Shown here in pieces: positions 24,608 through 37,720 of a stretch of DNA of 64,000 nucleotides; within the stretch, counting starts at the first letter, position 1; each line of letters opens with the position of its first letter. The notes under the pieces are model-generated. The model was not told where the DNA came from, ran no database searches, and saw only the letters and a program-made list of their open reading frames with translations. A program made the position numbers and the translations under genes. This DNA comes from Malacoraja senta (Eukaryota): contig CM075988.1 in the NCBI GenBank assembly GCA_038087875.1, positions 21,454,001 to 21,518,000 of the forward strand, in the 5' to 3' direction.

Positions 24608-25284
24608 GTAAAGATGTTTTTTTTCAGGAAACGTTCCAATTTTACTCTTTTAGCATTGCCTCCACATTGGGGTGCTTGATAGGGGGTGAATCCTGTTCTG
24701 TACCATTGACTCTCAGACAGTGCAGTACCCACAGTGTCTGACTGATGATGATTCACTGCAATGTAATGAGGCTCACACACAGTCAGCAGTAATTGGACTT
24801 GAACCTCCTGTTGGCTTGAATCAAAACCCAACTACTGGAGTTGTGGGACCAGTGAATATTCCTCTTGCTCAGCAGCTCCGCGCTCTCGCATTTCTCACCA
24901 GCTTTTAATTAGTCTGCCCCTCGCCTTCCCTCCTTCTCAACAGTCTCAACAGCACTCGATGTGTAAGAAGGAACTGCAGATGCCGGTCTAAACCAAAGAT
25001 AGGCACAAAAAGCTGGAGTAACTCAGTGGGAAAGGCAGCATCTCTGGGGAAAAGGAATGGGTGACGTTTCGGGATCGAGATCCTTCTACAGAACTGCAGA
25101 TGCCGGCCTGCACCGAAGATAGACACATAATGCTGGAGCAACTCTGAAGAAGGGTCTCGACCCGAAACATCACCCATTCCTCCTCTCCAGAGATGCTGCC
25201 TGTCCCGCTGAGTTACTCCAGCACTTTGTGTCAACAACACAAACTCTAATTCAACCTCAGTCCTGTCATAGAGGTTGGGAGGTT

Positions 25285-25770
25285 GCAGTTATATAAAATG
25301 TTGGTGAGGCTCCTATGCTGCTGTGACTTCCTTGGCATCTCTGCCCAGCCCCTTGTCTCCGAGTGTGCTATTGTGGAGGTAGCAAGATGGGAGGTTAGGT
25401 TCCCTGAGTCATACAATTTAGAATATAGAGTATTGTGTTCAGTTCTGGGCACCATGTTATAGCTAATGATGTTGTCAAGCTGGAAAGGTGCAGAGAACAG
25501 TTACGACAATGTTGCCAGGACTCGAGGGCCTGTGCTATAGGGAGAGGTTGAGCAAGCTAGTAGGACTCTATTCCCTGGAGCGCAGGAGGATGAGGGTTGA
25601 TCTTATAGAGGCGTACAAAGAGGTGAGAGGAATAGATCAGGTAAACACACAGAGTCTCTTGCCCAGAGTCGGTGAATTGAGAACCATAGGACATAGGTTT
25701 AACGTGAGGGGGGGGGGAAAGATTTAATAGGAATCTGAGGGGTGACTTTTTCACACAGAGGGTGGTGGGT
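25285..25770 (+). mobile_element. CR1-clade LINE (HER1-type) fragment
   Basis: MLPGLEGLCYRERL...GLYSLERRRMRVDLIE motif. Confidence 0.8.
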
Positions 25771-26017
25771 GCCCACAATGCACTGCTTCAGTTGTTCAAT
25801 GGCACATTCTTGTCAAACGTACCGAGGTACAGTGAAATTCTTCTTTTGCACACAGATTAGTAAAGTATTACTATACATAAGCACAATCTTAGATTAGGTA
25901 CAAAGTATATAGAAATAGTCCACGGAGAGGGGGGTGGGGGGGGGGGGGGGAGTGTAACTCAGGGGGCAGAGTTGCTGGCTTGCAGCGCCAGAGACCCGGG
26001 TTTGGGGATTTAAATAC

Positions 26018-26339
26018 GGGCGGCACGGTGGCTCAGGGGCAGAGTTGCTGCGGGTTCGATCCTGACTACGGGTGCTGTCTGTACGGAGTTTGTACGCTTT
26101 CCCCGTGACCCACGTGAGTTTTCTCCGAGATCTTCGGTTTCCTCCCCCAACTCCAAAGACATACAGGTTTGTAGATTAATAGGCTTGGTAAATGTAAAAA
26201 ATAAATTGTCCCGAATGGGTGTAGGATAGTGTTAATGTGCGGGGATCGCTGGTCGGCGCGGACCCGGTGGGCCGAAAGGGCCTGTTTCCGCGCTGTATCA
26301 CTAAACTAAACTAAACTAAACTAAACTAAACTAAACTAA
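26018..26339 (+). mobile_element. HE1-type SINE with long (CTAAA)n tail
   Basis: Consensus match; tail at 26301-26339. Confidence 0.85.
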
Positions 26340-26629
26340 CAGCACAGTGTAGGAATAGGCCCGTCTGCCCAAAGTGTCTGTTCCGAATATGATGCTGACT
26401 AAACTAGTCCCTGCTGCCGGTAGGTACATGGTCCATACCCTTGCAGAGGCCTTCCTGAGGTGCCACGGCCACAGTGCTCACCCAGAAACCCCCCAAGGCT
26501 CGGCGTTACCATGGTACCTGGTGGGAGCTGCTGAGACGTCGGATGTGAGGAGTGGGCCGGTGTAAGAATGATCCGGGATAATGTCTCCAGCGCACTCAAG
26601 GGTTGGCTGGTGACTCTCGCATAATTGTT

Positions 26630-26949
26630 TGGTTCAGTTTAGTTTCGAGATACAGCACGGAAACAGGCCCTTCGGCCCACCGACTCTGCGCCGACCAGCG
26701 ATCCGTGTACACTAATGCTGTGCTACACACTCAAGATAATTTACAATGAAGCCAAGGAACCTGCAAATCTGCACATATTTGTCGTGTGGGAGGAAACCCG
26801 GAGCAACCTGGGGAAAACCCACGCATGTCTCGCGGAGAACGTACAAACTCCATACAGACAGCACCCCCAGAGTCGGGATCGAACCCGGGTCTCTGGCGCT
26901 GTAAGAGGTGTAAGGCAGCAACTCTACCGCTGCGCCACCGTGACCGCCC
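26630..26949 (-). mobile_element. HE1-type SINE, full length
   Basis: Reverse complement of head, core and tail. Confidence 0.85.
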
Positions 26950-27489
26950 TCACACTCCCCATTGTCAAAGCGTTAAATTTTGAACACACCCTGTCCATGC
27001 AAAGGGTTAATAGTGACGAGACTATTTGCCTTTGGTTAGTGCCTGGATAATTTATCACTGATAGCCCGTAAATTTTCTTTGATTCCTCCTTTCTTGTGAT
27101 CCTTCATACTGTTACTGGATATTTATTTATATGGTATATCTACGCTTGAGTCAGACATTTCTCACTCTGGTATTAACAGGCTAATTTTAACTTAGTTCAA
27201 GAGATGTTCTGAATTATTGGTACACTTAGTTGCTAAAAAATTCATGGGCAATACAGTTAACACTGTCATGCCCCTTGTTAGATTCTCAAGCGCTCTCAAT
27301 TAGATTTACTGTGCAAATTAATCTCTGTTATTCACCACACTATAGAAACAGGAGCTGCCTTGATGTTTGGTTTAACAGTGATCAGTCCGGGGAGAATGGG
27401 GTTGAGAAGGAAAGATTGATTGAATGGCGGAGGTAGACTCGGTGGGCCGAATGGCCCAATTCTGCCCACGGAATTTATGAAACATTTGT

Positions 27490-28030
27490 CATAAGGTCAT
27501 AAGTGATAGGAGCAGAATTAAGCCATTCGGCCCATCAAGTCTACTCCACCATTTAATAATGGCTGATCAACCTCTCCCTCCTCACCCCATTCTCCTACCT
27601 TCTCCTACCTTCTCCCCATAACCTCTGACACCTGTTCTAATCAATAATCTATCCATCCCTGCTTTAAAAATATCCACTGACTTGGCCTCCATAGCCTTCT
27701 GTGGCAAAGAATTCCACATCTTCACCACACTCTGATTAAAGAAATTCCTCCTCATCTCCTTCCTAAAGGAACGTCCTTTAATTCTGAGGCTATTACCTCT
27801 AGTCCTAGACTCTCCCACTAGTGGAAACATCCTCTCCACATCCATTCTATCCAAGTCTTTCACCATTCTGTACCGTTCAATGAGGTCCACCCCCCCCCCC
27901 CTCATTCTTCTAAACTCCAGCGAGTCAGGCCCAGTGCCGTCAAACGCTCGTGATAGGTTAACCCCTCTCATTCCTGGGATCATTCTTGCAAACCTCCTCT
28001 GGACCCTCTCCAGAGCCAGCTACAGATATG
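27490..28030 (-). mobile_element. CR1-clade LINE fragment
   Basis: MFPLVGESRTRGNSLRIKGRSFRKEMRRNFF...WNSLPQ. Confidence 0.85.
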
Positions 28031-28371
28031 GCACCCAAAAAATTGCTCACAATTTACAAAACAAACCCCACAAAGCCAGTGACACGGCCTTAAATATTGA
28101 GTGGAAATTGCTTGGGTAAAATAAGATCCAACACTGACTATAATTGCATCCTCTGCGGGGAATTATGTGAAAGTCTTGCCTTTCAGCAAACACTGTCATC
28201 AATGATTCTTTTACATTCTGGGGTGGGGGTGGGGGGGGGGGGGAGGGGTGGAGGAAAAGGCTGGCTAAGATGGAAGGCAAGATGTAAAAGGTGACTGGCT
28301 GTGCTGCGATGAGCAAGGAGTCGTCGTTCTCCCCCACCGCTGACAGGCCTGAATTCAATCTTAAATAATAA

Positions 28372-28466
28372 ACAATTTCCATTTACATGCTGCTTTTCAC
28401 AACCGCGGGGCGCCCCAAAGTGCTTCGCAGTCGGTGCACTGCTTTTGAAGTGCGGACCACATTGTT
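28372..28466 (-). mobile_element. Old Deu-SINE (SacSINE/AmnSINE-like) 3' fragment
   Basis: Resembles from memory the reverse complement of the Deu-SINE tail (CATTTATATAGCGCCTTTCA...CCCAAAGCGCTTTACAG...CTTTTGAAGTG); similar decayed piece at about 10845-10940 on the plus strand. Confidence 0.45.
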
Positions 28467-28574
28467 GCCCTCCGAGCCCAGCAACATTCCACAATGTACC
28501 ACCATCTTGTGTCTGGCCGGTCGGGTCCAGGGTGGTGGCGTTGCGTGCAGGTGGGACTGTCAGCCGGGCAACAC

Positions 28575-29370
28575 ACCTGGAGTTTAGAAGGTTGAGGGGG
28601 CACCTCATTGAAACCTACAGAATAACGAAAGTCCTGGATAGAGTGACAATAGACAATAGACAATAGGTGCAGGAGTAGGCCATTCGGCTCTTCGAGCCAG
28701 CACCGCCATTCAATGTGATCATGGCTGATCATCCCCAATCAGTACCCCGTTCCTGCCTTCTCCCCATATCCCCTGACTCCGCTATCTTTAAGAGCTCTAT
28801 CTAACTCTCTCTTGAAAGCATCCAGAGAATTGGCCTCCACTACCTTCTGAGGCAGAGAATTCCACAGATTCACAACTCTCTGGGTGAAAAGGTTTCTCCT
28901 CATCTCCGTTCTACATGGCCTACCCCTTATTCATAAACTGTGGCCCCCTGGTTCTGGACTCCCCCCAATATCGGGAACATGTTTCCTGCCTCTAGCGTGT
29001 CCAGTCCCTTAATAATCTTATATGTTTCAATTGGATGTGGAAAAGGATGTTTCCCCTGGTGGAAGAGTCTGGGACCAGAGGGCATAGCCTCATGAATAAA
29101 AGGGCGGTCTTTTTAGAAAGGAGGTGAGGAAGGAACGTCTTTAGTCAGGGCGTAGTTAATCTGTGGAACTCATTGCCACAGAGGGCTGTGGAGGCCAAGT
29201 CAGTGGATATTTTTAAGGCAGAGATAGACAGATTTCTTGATTAGAACGGGTGTCAAGGGTTCTGGGAAGAAGGCAGGAAATGGATTAGGAGGCAGAGATC
29301 AGCCATGATTGAACGGCGGAGTAGACCCGATGGGACGAATGGCCTAATACTACTCCCATAACTTGTGAAC
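28575..29370 (+). mobile_element. CR1 fragment interrupted by a younger antisense CR1 (28645-29030)
   Basis: LEFRRLRGHLIETYRI breaks at GATAGAGT and resumes TGGATGTGG. Confidence 0.8.
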
Positions 29371-32300
29371 TCGTGAAACCGTGCCCTGGGATCTTTGACA
29401 ACAACACCCTCTCTGTACAATAGGAATGCAACCTTCCTATTGACTGCACCGAGCTCCCAGCCTTATCCAGCTGTGAGCTTTGAGTCATTGACCTTTCATC
29501 ACAGAAGCTGGACTTCCTGATCCAGCCTGAATATCTGCTATTTCAGAAATAGACCAAGTGCTGTTGTTTACACGTCCACGGATTTGAATATAGTTCGACA
29601 GATTCACACCACGTAGATGATGCCAGTCGTGGTCACTGAAATCGTGGCCATGAACATCACAAGCCAAAGTTTCCAAAGTCAACCTGATATGAAAACGTTC
29701 CCCTCCATGCAGAGACTGCACACCGCTCGATGGGACGAGATGTTATTCTGTACTAACACAGGAACAGGCCCTTCGGCCCTCAATGTCTGTGCCGAACATG
29801 AGGCCATTTTAAACTAATGTCATCTGCCAGTACTTCATCCATATCCCTCCATACCCGATGTATCTAGGTGCCTGTCCAAAATCCTCTTAGACGTCACTAT
29901 CGTATCCGCCTCCACCACCTCCCCTGGCAGCATGTTCCAGGCACCCACCACGCTGTGTAAATAGCTTGCCCCACACATTATGCGTCTCTCACATTGTAGC
30001 CATGCCTCTGGTCTTTAACATCTCCACCCCCGGGGCAAAAGGTTCTGAATGTTGCCCATACTTCTCATCATTTTATATACCTCTATCGGTTTGGAGATAC
30101 AGCGTGGAAACATGCACTTCGGCCCACCGAGTCCCCCACGCCGCCCAGCGATCCCCGCACACTAACACACACTAGGGACAATTTACATTTATACAAGCCA
30201 ATTAACCTACAGAGCTGTACGTCTTTGGAGTGCGGGAGGAAATCCAAGGGGATCTCGGACAAAACCTGCGCAGGTCACGGGGAGAATGTACAAACTCCGT
30301 ACTGACAGCACCCGCGTTCGGGATGAAACCCGGGTCTTTGGCGCTGTGAGGCAGCAACTCCACCGCTGCGCCACCGTGCCGCACAAGTCCCCCCCCCCTC
30401 AACCTCTGGCATTGCTGAGAACACAATCAATAGACAATAGACAATAGGTGCAGGAGTAGGCCATTTGGCCCTTCGAGCCAGCACCGCCATTCAATGTGAT
30501 CATGGCTGTCCAAGTCTGTCCAACGGGATTTAGTGAATTGCCATGAGCTAACTTATCACCATCCTGTACTCAAGTTAATGAAGTGTCAGTCCACCTGTAC
30601 ACTGTAGCGAGGTGATATATATTTGTGAAGTTCGCCGCACATCCATCTGGAGAGGAAGAGTTACATTATTGTGTGCAACTGTGAGGCACTATAGCTGGGA
30701 TCAATGATAACCCTGTTATTTTGTTTTTACAAGTTGGAGAGCGTGCGCCACATGGATTAATCTCCTGTCCGACAAGACAGGAATACCTCTGCTCGACAGC
30801 CACTTTCAAGTTAGATAAAGTAAATCTTTTGATTTAGTGTTGAGATAATTACTGGGAAACCATCCTGTAAATTCCCTTGGAAGTTAATGGATTATGAGTC
30901 TTGAGCTCATAACGGAATTCACCGTTCCATTTCAGCCCGGGTGAACCTGCCCGCTGTTTGGGTGGACGCGTAGGGTTGGAAGAAGGGTCTCGACCCGAAA
31001 CGTCACCTATTCCTTTTCTCCAGAGATGCTGCCTGGCCTGCTGAGTTAGATACTCCTTCATTTTGTGGGTGGACACGTTGTTGGGTGGTAGGTAGACACC
31101 ACAGATCTGTTCAAAGAGAAATGGATTGTTCTAAGGGTCTCAGTCAACATGGTACCTCATCCAATACCAACAAAGCCAATGAGGAGATCATCATGTTCAT
31201 AAGGTCTAGGAGCAGAATTAGGCCATTCGGCCCATCAGGCCTACTCCGCCATTCAATCATGGCTGATCTGTCTATCCCTTTCAACCCCATTCTCCCGCCT
31301 TCTCCCCACAACCCCTGACACCTGCTCCAATCAAGAATCTGTTAATCTCCGCCTTATAAAATATCCATTGACTTGGCCTCCACAGCCGTCTGTGGCAACG
31401 AATACCACAGATTCACCACCATCTGACTGAAGAAATTCCACCATCTCTTTGTTGAAGGTAAAGGAACTCCTGTTATGGAAGTCTTCACGATGCAAATCCC
31501 GGTGCCATGATGTTTCAAACAAACATGGGCGGCACAGTGAGGTAGCTGATGGAGCCATGTGCCTCACAGCACCAGTGTCCTGGGTTCAATCCCGACCTCG
31601 GTCCGCCACCAGTTTACATGTTCTCCCTGAGATTGTAGGTGGTTTTCATTTTTATTTTTATTTTTACAGATACGGCTTGGAAACAGGCCCTGCGGCCCAC
31701 TGAGTCCGCGCCGACCAGCGATCACCACTAACACTGTCCTACACACACTAGGGACAATTTACAATTTTACCGAGCCAATTTGCCTACAAACCTGCACCTC
31801 TTTGGAGTGTGGGAGGAAACCAGAGCACCCGGGGAAAACCCACGCAGGTCACGGGGAGAACGTACAAACTCCGTACAGACAGCACCCGTGGTCATGACCA
31901 AACCCGGGTCTCTAGTGTTGTAAGGCAGCAACTCTACCACTGCGCCACCGTGTTGTCCCTGTTCCTCTGGGCGTTCCCGTTTCCTCCCACATCCAGTAGA
32001 CGTTCAGACTGCTCGGTTTACAGGCCGTTGTAAATTGCAATAGAAAGGAACTGCAGATGCTGGTTTGTACCAAAGACAGGCACGGAATGCTGGAGTAACT
32101 CAGAGGGTCAGGCCGCATCTCCGTGAGAAAATGGATAGGTGACGTTTTGGGTTGGGACCCTTCTTCAGACTAATTTTAGGGGGGTGGGTGGGGTGGGGAG
32201 GGGAGGGGGAAGGGAGTGGAACTGGAAGCAAGAAAAGATGAACCACCCTGCCTGAGGTCACCTGTTGCCCACCATATTGGTCCTGGGATTTTCTTGCTTC

Positions 32301-33114
32301 CAAATCCACCCCCCACAACAAGTCTGAAGAAGTGTCTCGATAGACAGCTGCAAAGTGTGCAAATAAACAATTACTTCTTTGCAGATATAAATGCGTTATT
32401 TTAATACACTTATGAAGACATTACTTACAATCGATTGTAATCATGTATTGTCTTCCCGCTGACTGGTTAGCATGCAACAAAAGCTATTCGCTGTACCTCG
32501 GTACACGTGACAATAAATTAAACTAAACTGCAACCATAAAGAGAAATTGTTCAAGGGATATGGGGAGAAAGCAGGAACGGGGGACTGATTTTGGATCAGC
32601 AGCCATGATTATATTGAATGGCGGTGCTGGTTCGAAGGGCCGAATGGCCTGCTCCTGCACCTATTTTTTACGTTTCTATGTAATATCTCCATGGTGGAGA
32701 TGGTCGTGCAGTCTCATGTGCGGTGGGATCGAGTGTGGTTCACGAGTCTGATGTGCGAGCCACACACACAGGGCGGCAGTCGGGACACATGAAGTCCGCA
32801 GTGGGGGGGGAAGGTGGGTTTCGGGCAGCAACCTTCCTCCTGTCTCTGCCGCTAACGAGCGTGCTTCTGCCGATAGTCTTCAAAAATGCTGACCGCCTTC
32901 CTAGTGGTCGTACACGCCAGCCAGTCCTGTCACTGGCAGTACTGGGTTTCCAGTACTTCTGGGGCTAGGCCTGCGTGCTGGAGGTGGTCCTTGGTAGAAC
33001 ACGGTGGCACAGCGGTAAAGTCGCTGCCTCCCAGCGCTCGCAGTGGCAGAGACCCGGGTTCAATCCCGACTACGAGGGCTGCCTGTACGGAGTTTGTACG
33101 TCCTCCCAGTGATC

Positions 33115-33404
33115 TTTCTCTTTTTTTGAATTTATTTTATTTGAAACAATTGTACAGGGATAAGACGATCGACATAACAGTTATACAATTATTGCACAGC
33201 TTCAGTTTTAACATTGCAACCTAATTTTTTTTTTAAAGGATAAAAAAGGAAAAAAAGAGAGAAATAAGAAGAGAATGAAGAATAATAAGTAAAATAAGAG
33301 CAAGAAAAAAGACCCCTAAGCTACCAAAGAAGTGCAAGAGAAAAGAAAAGAAATAAGAAAAGAGAAGATGGAAATATACCTTACCGTACCGTGGGACAGG
33401 GCTT
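33115..33404 (-). mobile_element. Probable L1-like 3' UTR fragment followed by an orphan type C MITE end
   Basis: T-tract with TTTATT then purine-rich tract resembling 61767-62150 in composition; CGTACCGTGGGACAGGGCTT at about 33385-33404. Confidence 0.4.
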
Positions 33405-33637
33405 TAACCATGACCTCAGCAACCCTGATCTTCTATGGACTTTGTTTTGATTGCACTGAGGACTTTGCTGTTGCACTATTATGGTGTGGTTACTGAGAAT
33501 TACTGGTTATCAATGTATTGTATTATTGATTATTGTGTAACATATTTGTTGCGTGGTTACGTTTATGGAGAGAGAGATATAGGCTCTTTGGGGCCCACCA
33601 AGTCCACAACGAACCAGCGATCACCCCCATACACTAA

Positions 33638-33967
33638 AACCCCTGTCCCACGGTACGAGTTCATTCCAAGCGTTCTCCCGAGTTTGCCCTGATTCGAACT
33701 CGGAGATTTACGGTAATGGCCGCTCGTCGGTACTCGGGGCTCTCGTGGACATTCATCATCATGTTGAAAAATCTTCACCAGTCTTCCCGTGCTTACCTGC
33801 CATTAGCGAGTCTTCCCGAGTACCTGCCGTTAGCGTTACGAGCCGCTAAGGGACGTCCCCAAGCTCCGACGTACCCGCTACGTTCATTCTCCGTGCTTAC
33901 CACGAGTTTGATTTTTTTAAAACTCGGGAGAGCTCTTGGAATGAACTCGCACCGTGGGACAGGGCTT
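33638..33967. mobile_element. PIF/Harbinger-like MITE, type C, inside a minus-strand SINE
   Basis: AACCCCTGTCCCAC / GTGGGACAGGGCTT; flanks TAA (33635-33637) and TTA (33968-33970). Confidence 0.85.
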
Positions 33968-34924
33968 TTACACTATCCTACACACTTGGGACAATTTACA
34001 ATTTTTAGCAAGTATACAAACACAAGCCAATTAACCTACAAACCAGCACGTCTTTGGAGTGTGGGAGGAAACCGGAGCACCCGGAGAAAGCCCACGCCAT
34101 CACAGGGAGAACATATAAACCGTACAGACAGCACCCGAGGCCATGATCGAACGTGGGCCGAGGTACCTGTTCCCACGCTGTATGGCTTTATGGGTCTATG
34201 ACTCTAGGTTTGTAGGCTAATTGCCAATGGTAAACTTGTAAATTGTCCCCCCTGTCTGGGATAGAACGAGTGCACAAGTTGAACGCTGGTTGGCGTGGAC
34301 TCGTTGGGCTAAAGGGCCTGTTTCTGCAGCATGTCCCTAGTTTAAAGTCATGATCTTATTGAATGCAGAGAAAGCTCAAAGGGCTGATTGTCCGTCTCCT
34401 GCTCCTGCTTCTTATGTTCTTAATACTGTAGGACCTCACCGTGACTAGATTTTCAGTGTGACAGTGCTTTCTGCCGATAGTTTTCAGCTGAGCTTGCTGG
34501 AGTCAGTATGTTGACCCATTATCGAGCAGCTTGTGGCAGTAACGATTTGCATTTCAATGCGCTGGCTGTCATCAATACCACTGCATGAAGGCGCAAGAAA
34601 CTGCCGACACTGGAATCTTGGGCAATATCACAAATTGCTGGAGGAACTCAGCGGGTCAGGCAGCATCTGTGGAGGGAGTGGACAGGTGATGTTTCAGGTT
34701 GGGATTCTTACTTTAGTTCAGTTTAGTTTAGTCTAGAGATACAGCACGGAAGCAGGCCCTTCAGCCCACCGAATCCGCACCGACCAGTGATCCCCGCTCG
34801 AAAACACTACCCTGCACACACTAGGGACAATTTACATTTATACCAAGCCAATTAACCTGCAAACCTGTACGTCTTTGGAGTGTGGGAGGAAACTGAAGAT
34901 CTCAGAGAAAACCCACGCAGGTCA

Positions 34925-35310
34925 CCTCATCTCATTGAAACATATAAGATTGTTAAGGGCTTGGACACGCTAGAGGCAGGAAACATGTTCCCGATGTTGG
35001 GGGAGTCCAGAACCAGGGGCCACAGTTTAAGAATAAGGAGTAAGCCATTTAGAGCGGAGACGAGGAAACACTTTTTCTCACAGAGAGTGGTGAGTCTGTG
35101 GAATTCTCTGCCTCAGAGGGCGGTGGAGGCGGGTTCTCTGGATGCTTTCAAGAGAGCGCTAGATAGGGCTCTTAAAGATAGCGGAGTCAGGGGATATGGG
35201 GAGAAGGCAGGAACGGGGTACTGATTGGGGATGATCAGCCATGATCACATTGAATGGCGGTGCTGGCTCGTAGGGCCGAATGGCCTACTCCTGCACCTAT
35301 TGTCTATTGT
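34925..35310 (+). mobile_element. Young CR1 3' fragment inserted in a minus-strand SINE (34712-35418)
   Basis: LIETYKIVKGLDTLEAGNMFPMLGESRTRGHSLRI...; GTCAC repeated at both junctions. Confidence 0.85.
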
Positions 35311-36951
35311 CACGGGGAGAATGTACGAACTCCGTACAGACAGCACCCGTGGTCAGGATTGAACCTGGGTCTCTGGCGCTGTAAAGTAGCAACTCTACCG
35401 CTGCGCCACTGCGCCGCCCGACTACTTCTTCTTCAGAAGATCCGTTTGTTGACTGGTGTCACTGTTTTCTGTGCCGTACAATCGCATTTCCTCATCGTTT
35501 GAATGAACCCTCGCTCTGTGAAGTCCTCCGTTCTGTTATCCTTTCAAATACCACCGATGGTGCTTCTGCTGCTGCTCTTGCCTTAGGGCTGTCGATGTGT
35601 GGCCTGTCCTTTGGCAACTGAATCACTGGCCTGTTCGAAACGGACTTGGCTGTGTTATTACGCTGCTGCTGGCTGAACTCAGTCTCCTCATCTCAGAGTT
35701 TGTGCCAACTCCCTGACAGTGCGTTGCAGTCATGTCATGCTCCGGAGTAGTGCGAAGCCTCTTCCATAGATGCATCGACCTTAATGCAAGTCTGAATGTC
35801 AGGTCTTTACTTTAGACTTCATAACTTCATAAGTTCCAGGAGCAGAATTAGGCCATTTGGCCCATCATGTCAACTCTGCCATTCAACCCTGGCTAATCTA
35901 TCTCTCCCTCTCAACCCCATTCTCCTGCCTTCTCTCCACAACCTCGGACACCCGTACTAATCAAGAATCCGTTAATCTCCGCCTTAAAAATATCCATTGA
36001 CTTGGCCTCCGCAGCCATCTGTGTCAATGAATTCCACGGATTCCACAGACTTTAGAGATACAATGCATATCAGGCCCTTCGGCCCACTGGGTCCACGCCG
36101 ACCATCGATCACTCCGTACACACTAACACTATCCTACACGCTAGGGACAATTTTACAATTCTACCAAAGCCAATTAACCTGCAAACCTGCATGTCTTTGG
36201 AGTGTGGGATGAAACCTGAGCTCCCGGAGAAAACCCACGCAGTCACGGGGGAGAACGTGCGAGCTCCCTATAGACAGCACCCATAGTCAGGATCGAACAT
36301 GGGTCTCTGCCGCTGTGAGGCAGCAACTCTACCGCTGCGCCACCATGTTGCCTCTTTCCCCACATCTCGCCCTCTCACGGTTTTGACTGAATTTGTTCAG
36401 CTACTAGTCCCCCCCCCCCCATGTAAACCTGTTGGGTACGACACCATCAAAACAAAAGGCACCAAGATTGCGCTGCGAGGATTGCGCCTCGAATGCTTGG
36501 TGGTGCAGCCCTCACCCCTCCAGTGACTGGGGGGTCGATCCTGGCCTCTCATGTCAGGACATTCTCAAGAGTCAGTGAAGATATTGTATTTTGTCAATTG
36601 GTTATCTCTGATCCTCCTTGGAGATAACATTGCAGAAGAGGTTTACCAGAATGCTGCCTGCAATAGTCATGAAGTCACACAGCACGGAAACAGGCCCTCC
36701 GGCCCAACTTGCCCATGCTGACCCATCTACACTGGTCCTCCACCTGCCTTTGTTTGGCTTATATCCCTCCAAAACTTTTCTGTGCATGTACCTGTCCAAA
36801 TATCTTTATAATAACTGCCTCAACTCCCTTCCCTGGCAGCTCTTCCATAGACCCACCACCCTCTGTGTGATAAAGTTGCCCCTCAGATTCCTACTAAACC
36901 TTTTCCCTCTCGCCTTAAATCTATATCCTCTCGTTCTTGATTCCCCGACTC

Positions 36952-37720
36952 TGACAATAGTCAATAGACAACAGGTGCAGGAGTAGGCCATTCGGCCCTT
37001 CGAGCCAGCACCGCCATTCAATATGATCAAGGCTGATCATCCCCAATCAGCACCCCGTTCCTGCCTTCTCCCCATATCCCCTGACTCCGCTATTTTTAAA
37101 AGCCCTATCTAGCCCTCTCTTGAAAGCATCCAGAGAACCTGCCTCCACCGCCCTCTTGAGGCAGAGAATTCCACAGACTCACCACTCTCTGTGAGAAAAA
37201 GTGTTACCTCGTCTCCGTTGTAAATGACTTACTCCTTATTCTTAAACTGTGGCCCCTGGTTCTGGACTCCCCCAACATCGGGAACATGTTTCCTGCCTCT
37301 AGCGTGTCCAAACCCTTAACAATCTTATATGGTTCAATGAGATCCCCTCTCATCCTTCTAAACTCCAGAATGTACAAGCCCAGCTGCTCCATTCTCTCAG
37401 CATATGACAGTCCCACCATCCCGGGAATTAACCTTGTAAACCTACGCTGCACTCCCTCAATAGCAAGAATGTCCTTCCTCAAATTCGGGGACCAAAACTG
37501 CACACAATACTCCAGGTGTGGTCTCACTAGGGCTCTGCACAACTGCAGAAGGACCTCTTCGCTCCTATATTCGATTCCTCTTGTTATAAAGGCCAACATG
37601 CCATTCGCTTTCTTCACTGCATGCTTACTTTCATAGACTGATGAACAAGGACCTGTTGTACTTTCCCTTTTCCCAACTTGACGCCATTTAGATAGTAATC
37701 TGCCTTCCTGTTTTTGCTAC
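36952..37720 (-). mobile_element. Young CR1 fragment inserted in an older HER1-type CR1 (36665-38000)
   Basis: 137-aa ORF2 piece; ACTCTG at both junctions. Confidence 0.85.

Noticed and set aside
25927..25950. Poly-G tract as a functional G-quadruplex (also 28219-28251, 61532-61549)
   Set aside because: Simple homopolymer expansions with uncertain length and no supporting context
26895..26920. Extra 9-10 nt in the SINE head (also about 7290, 33025, 42190, 57835) as MITE excision footprints
   Set aside because: Recurs with similar sequence in several copies, so better explained as a SINE subfamily duplication
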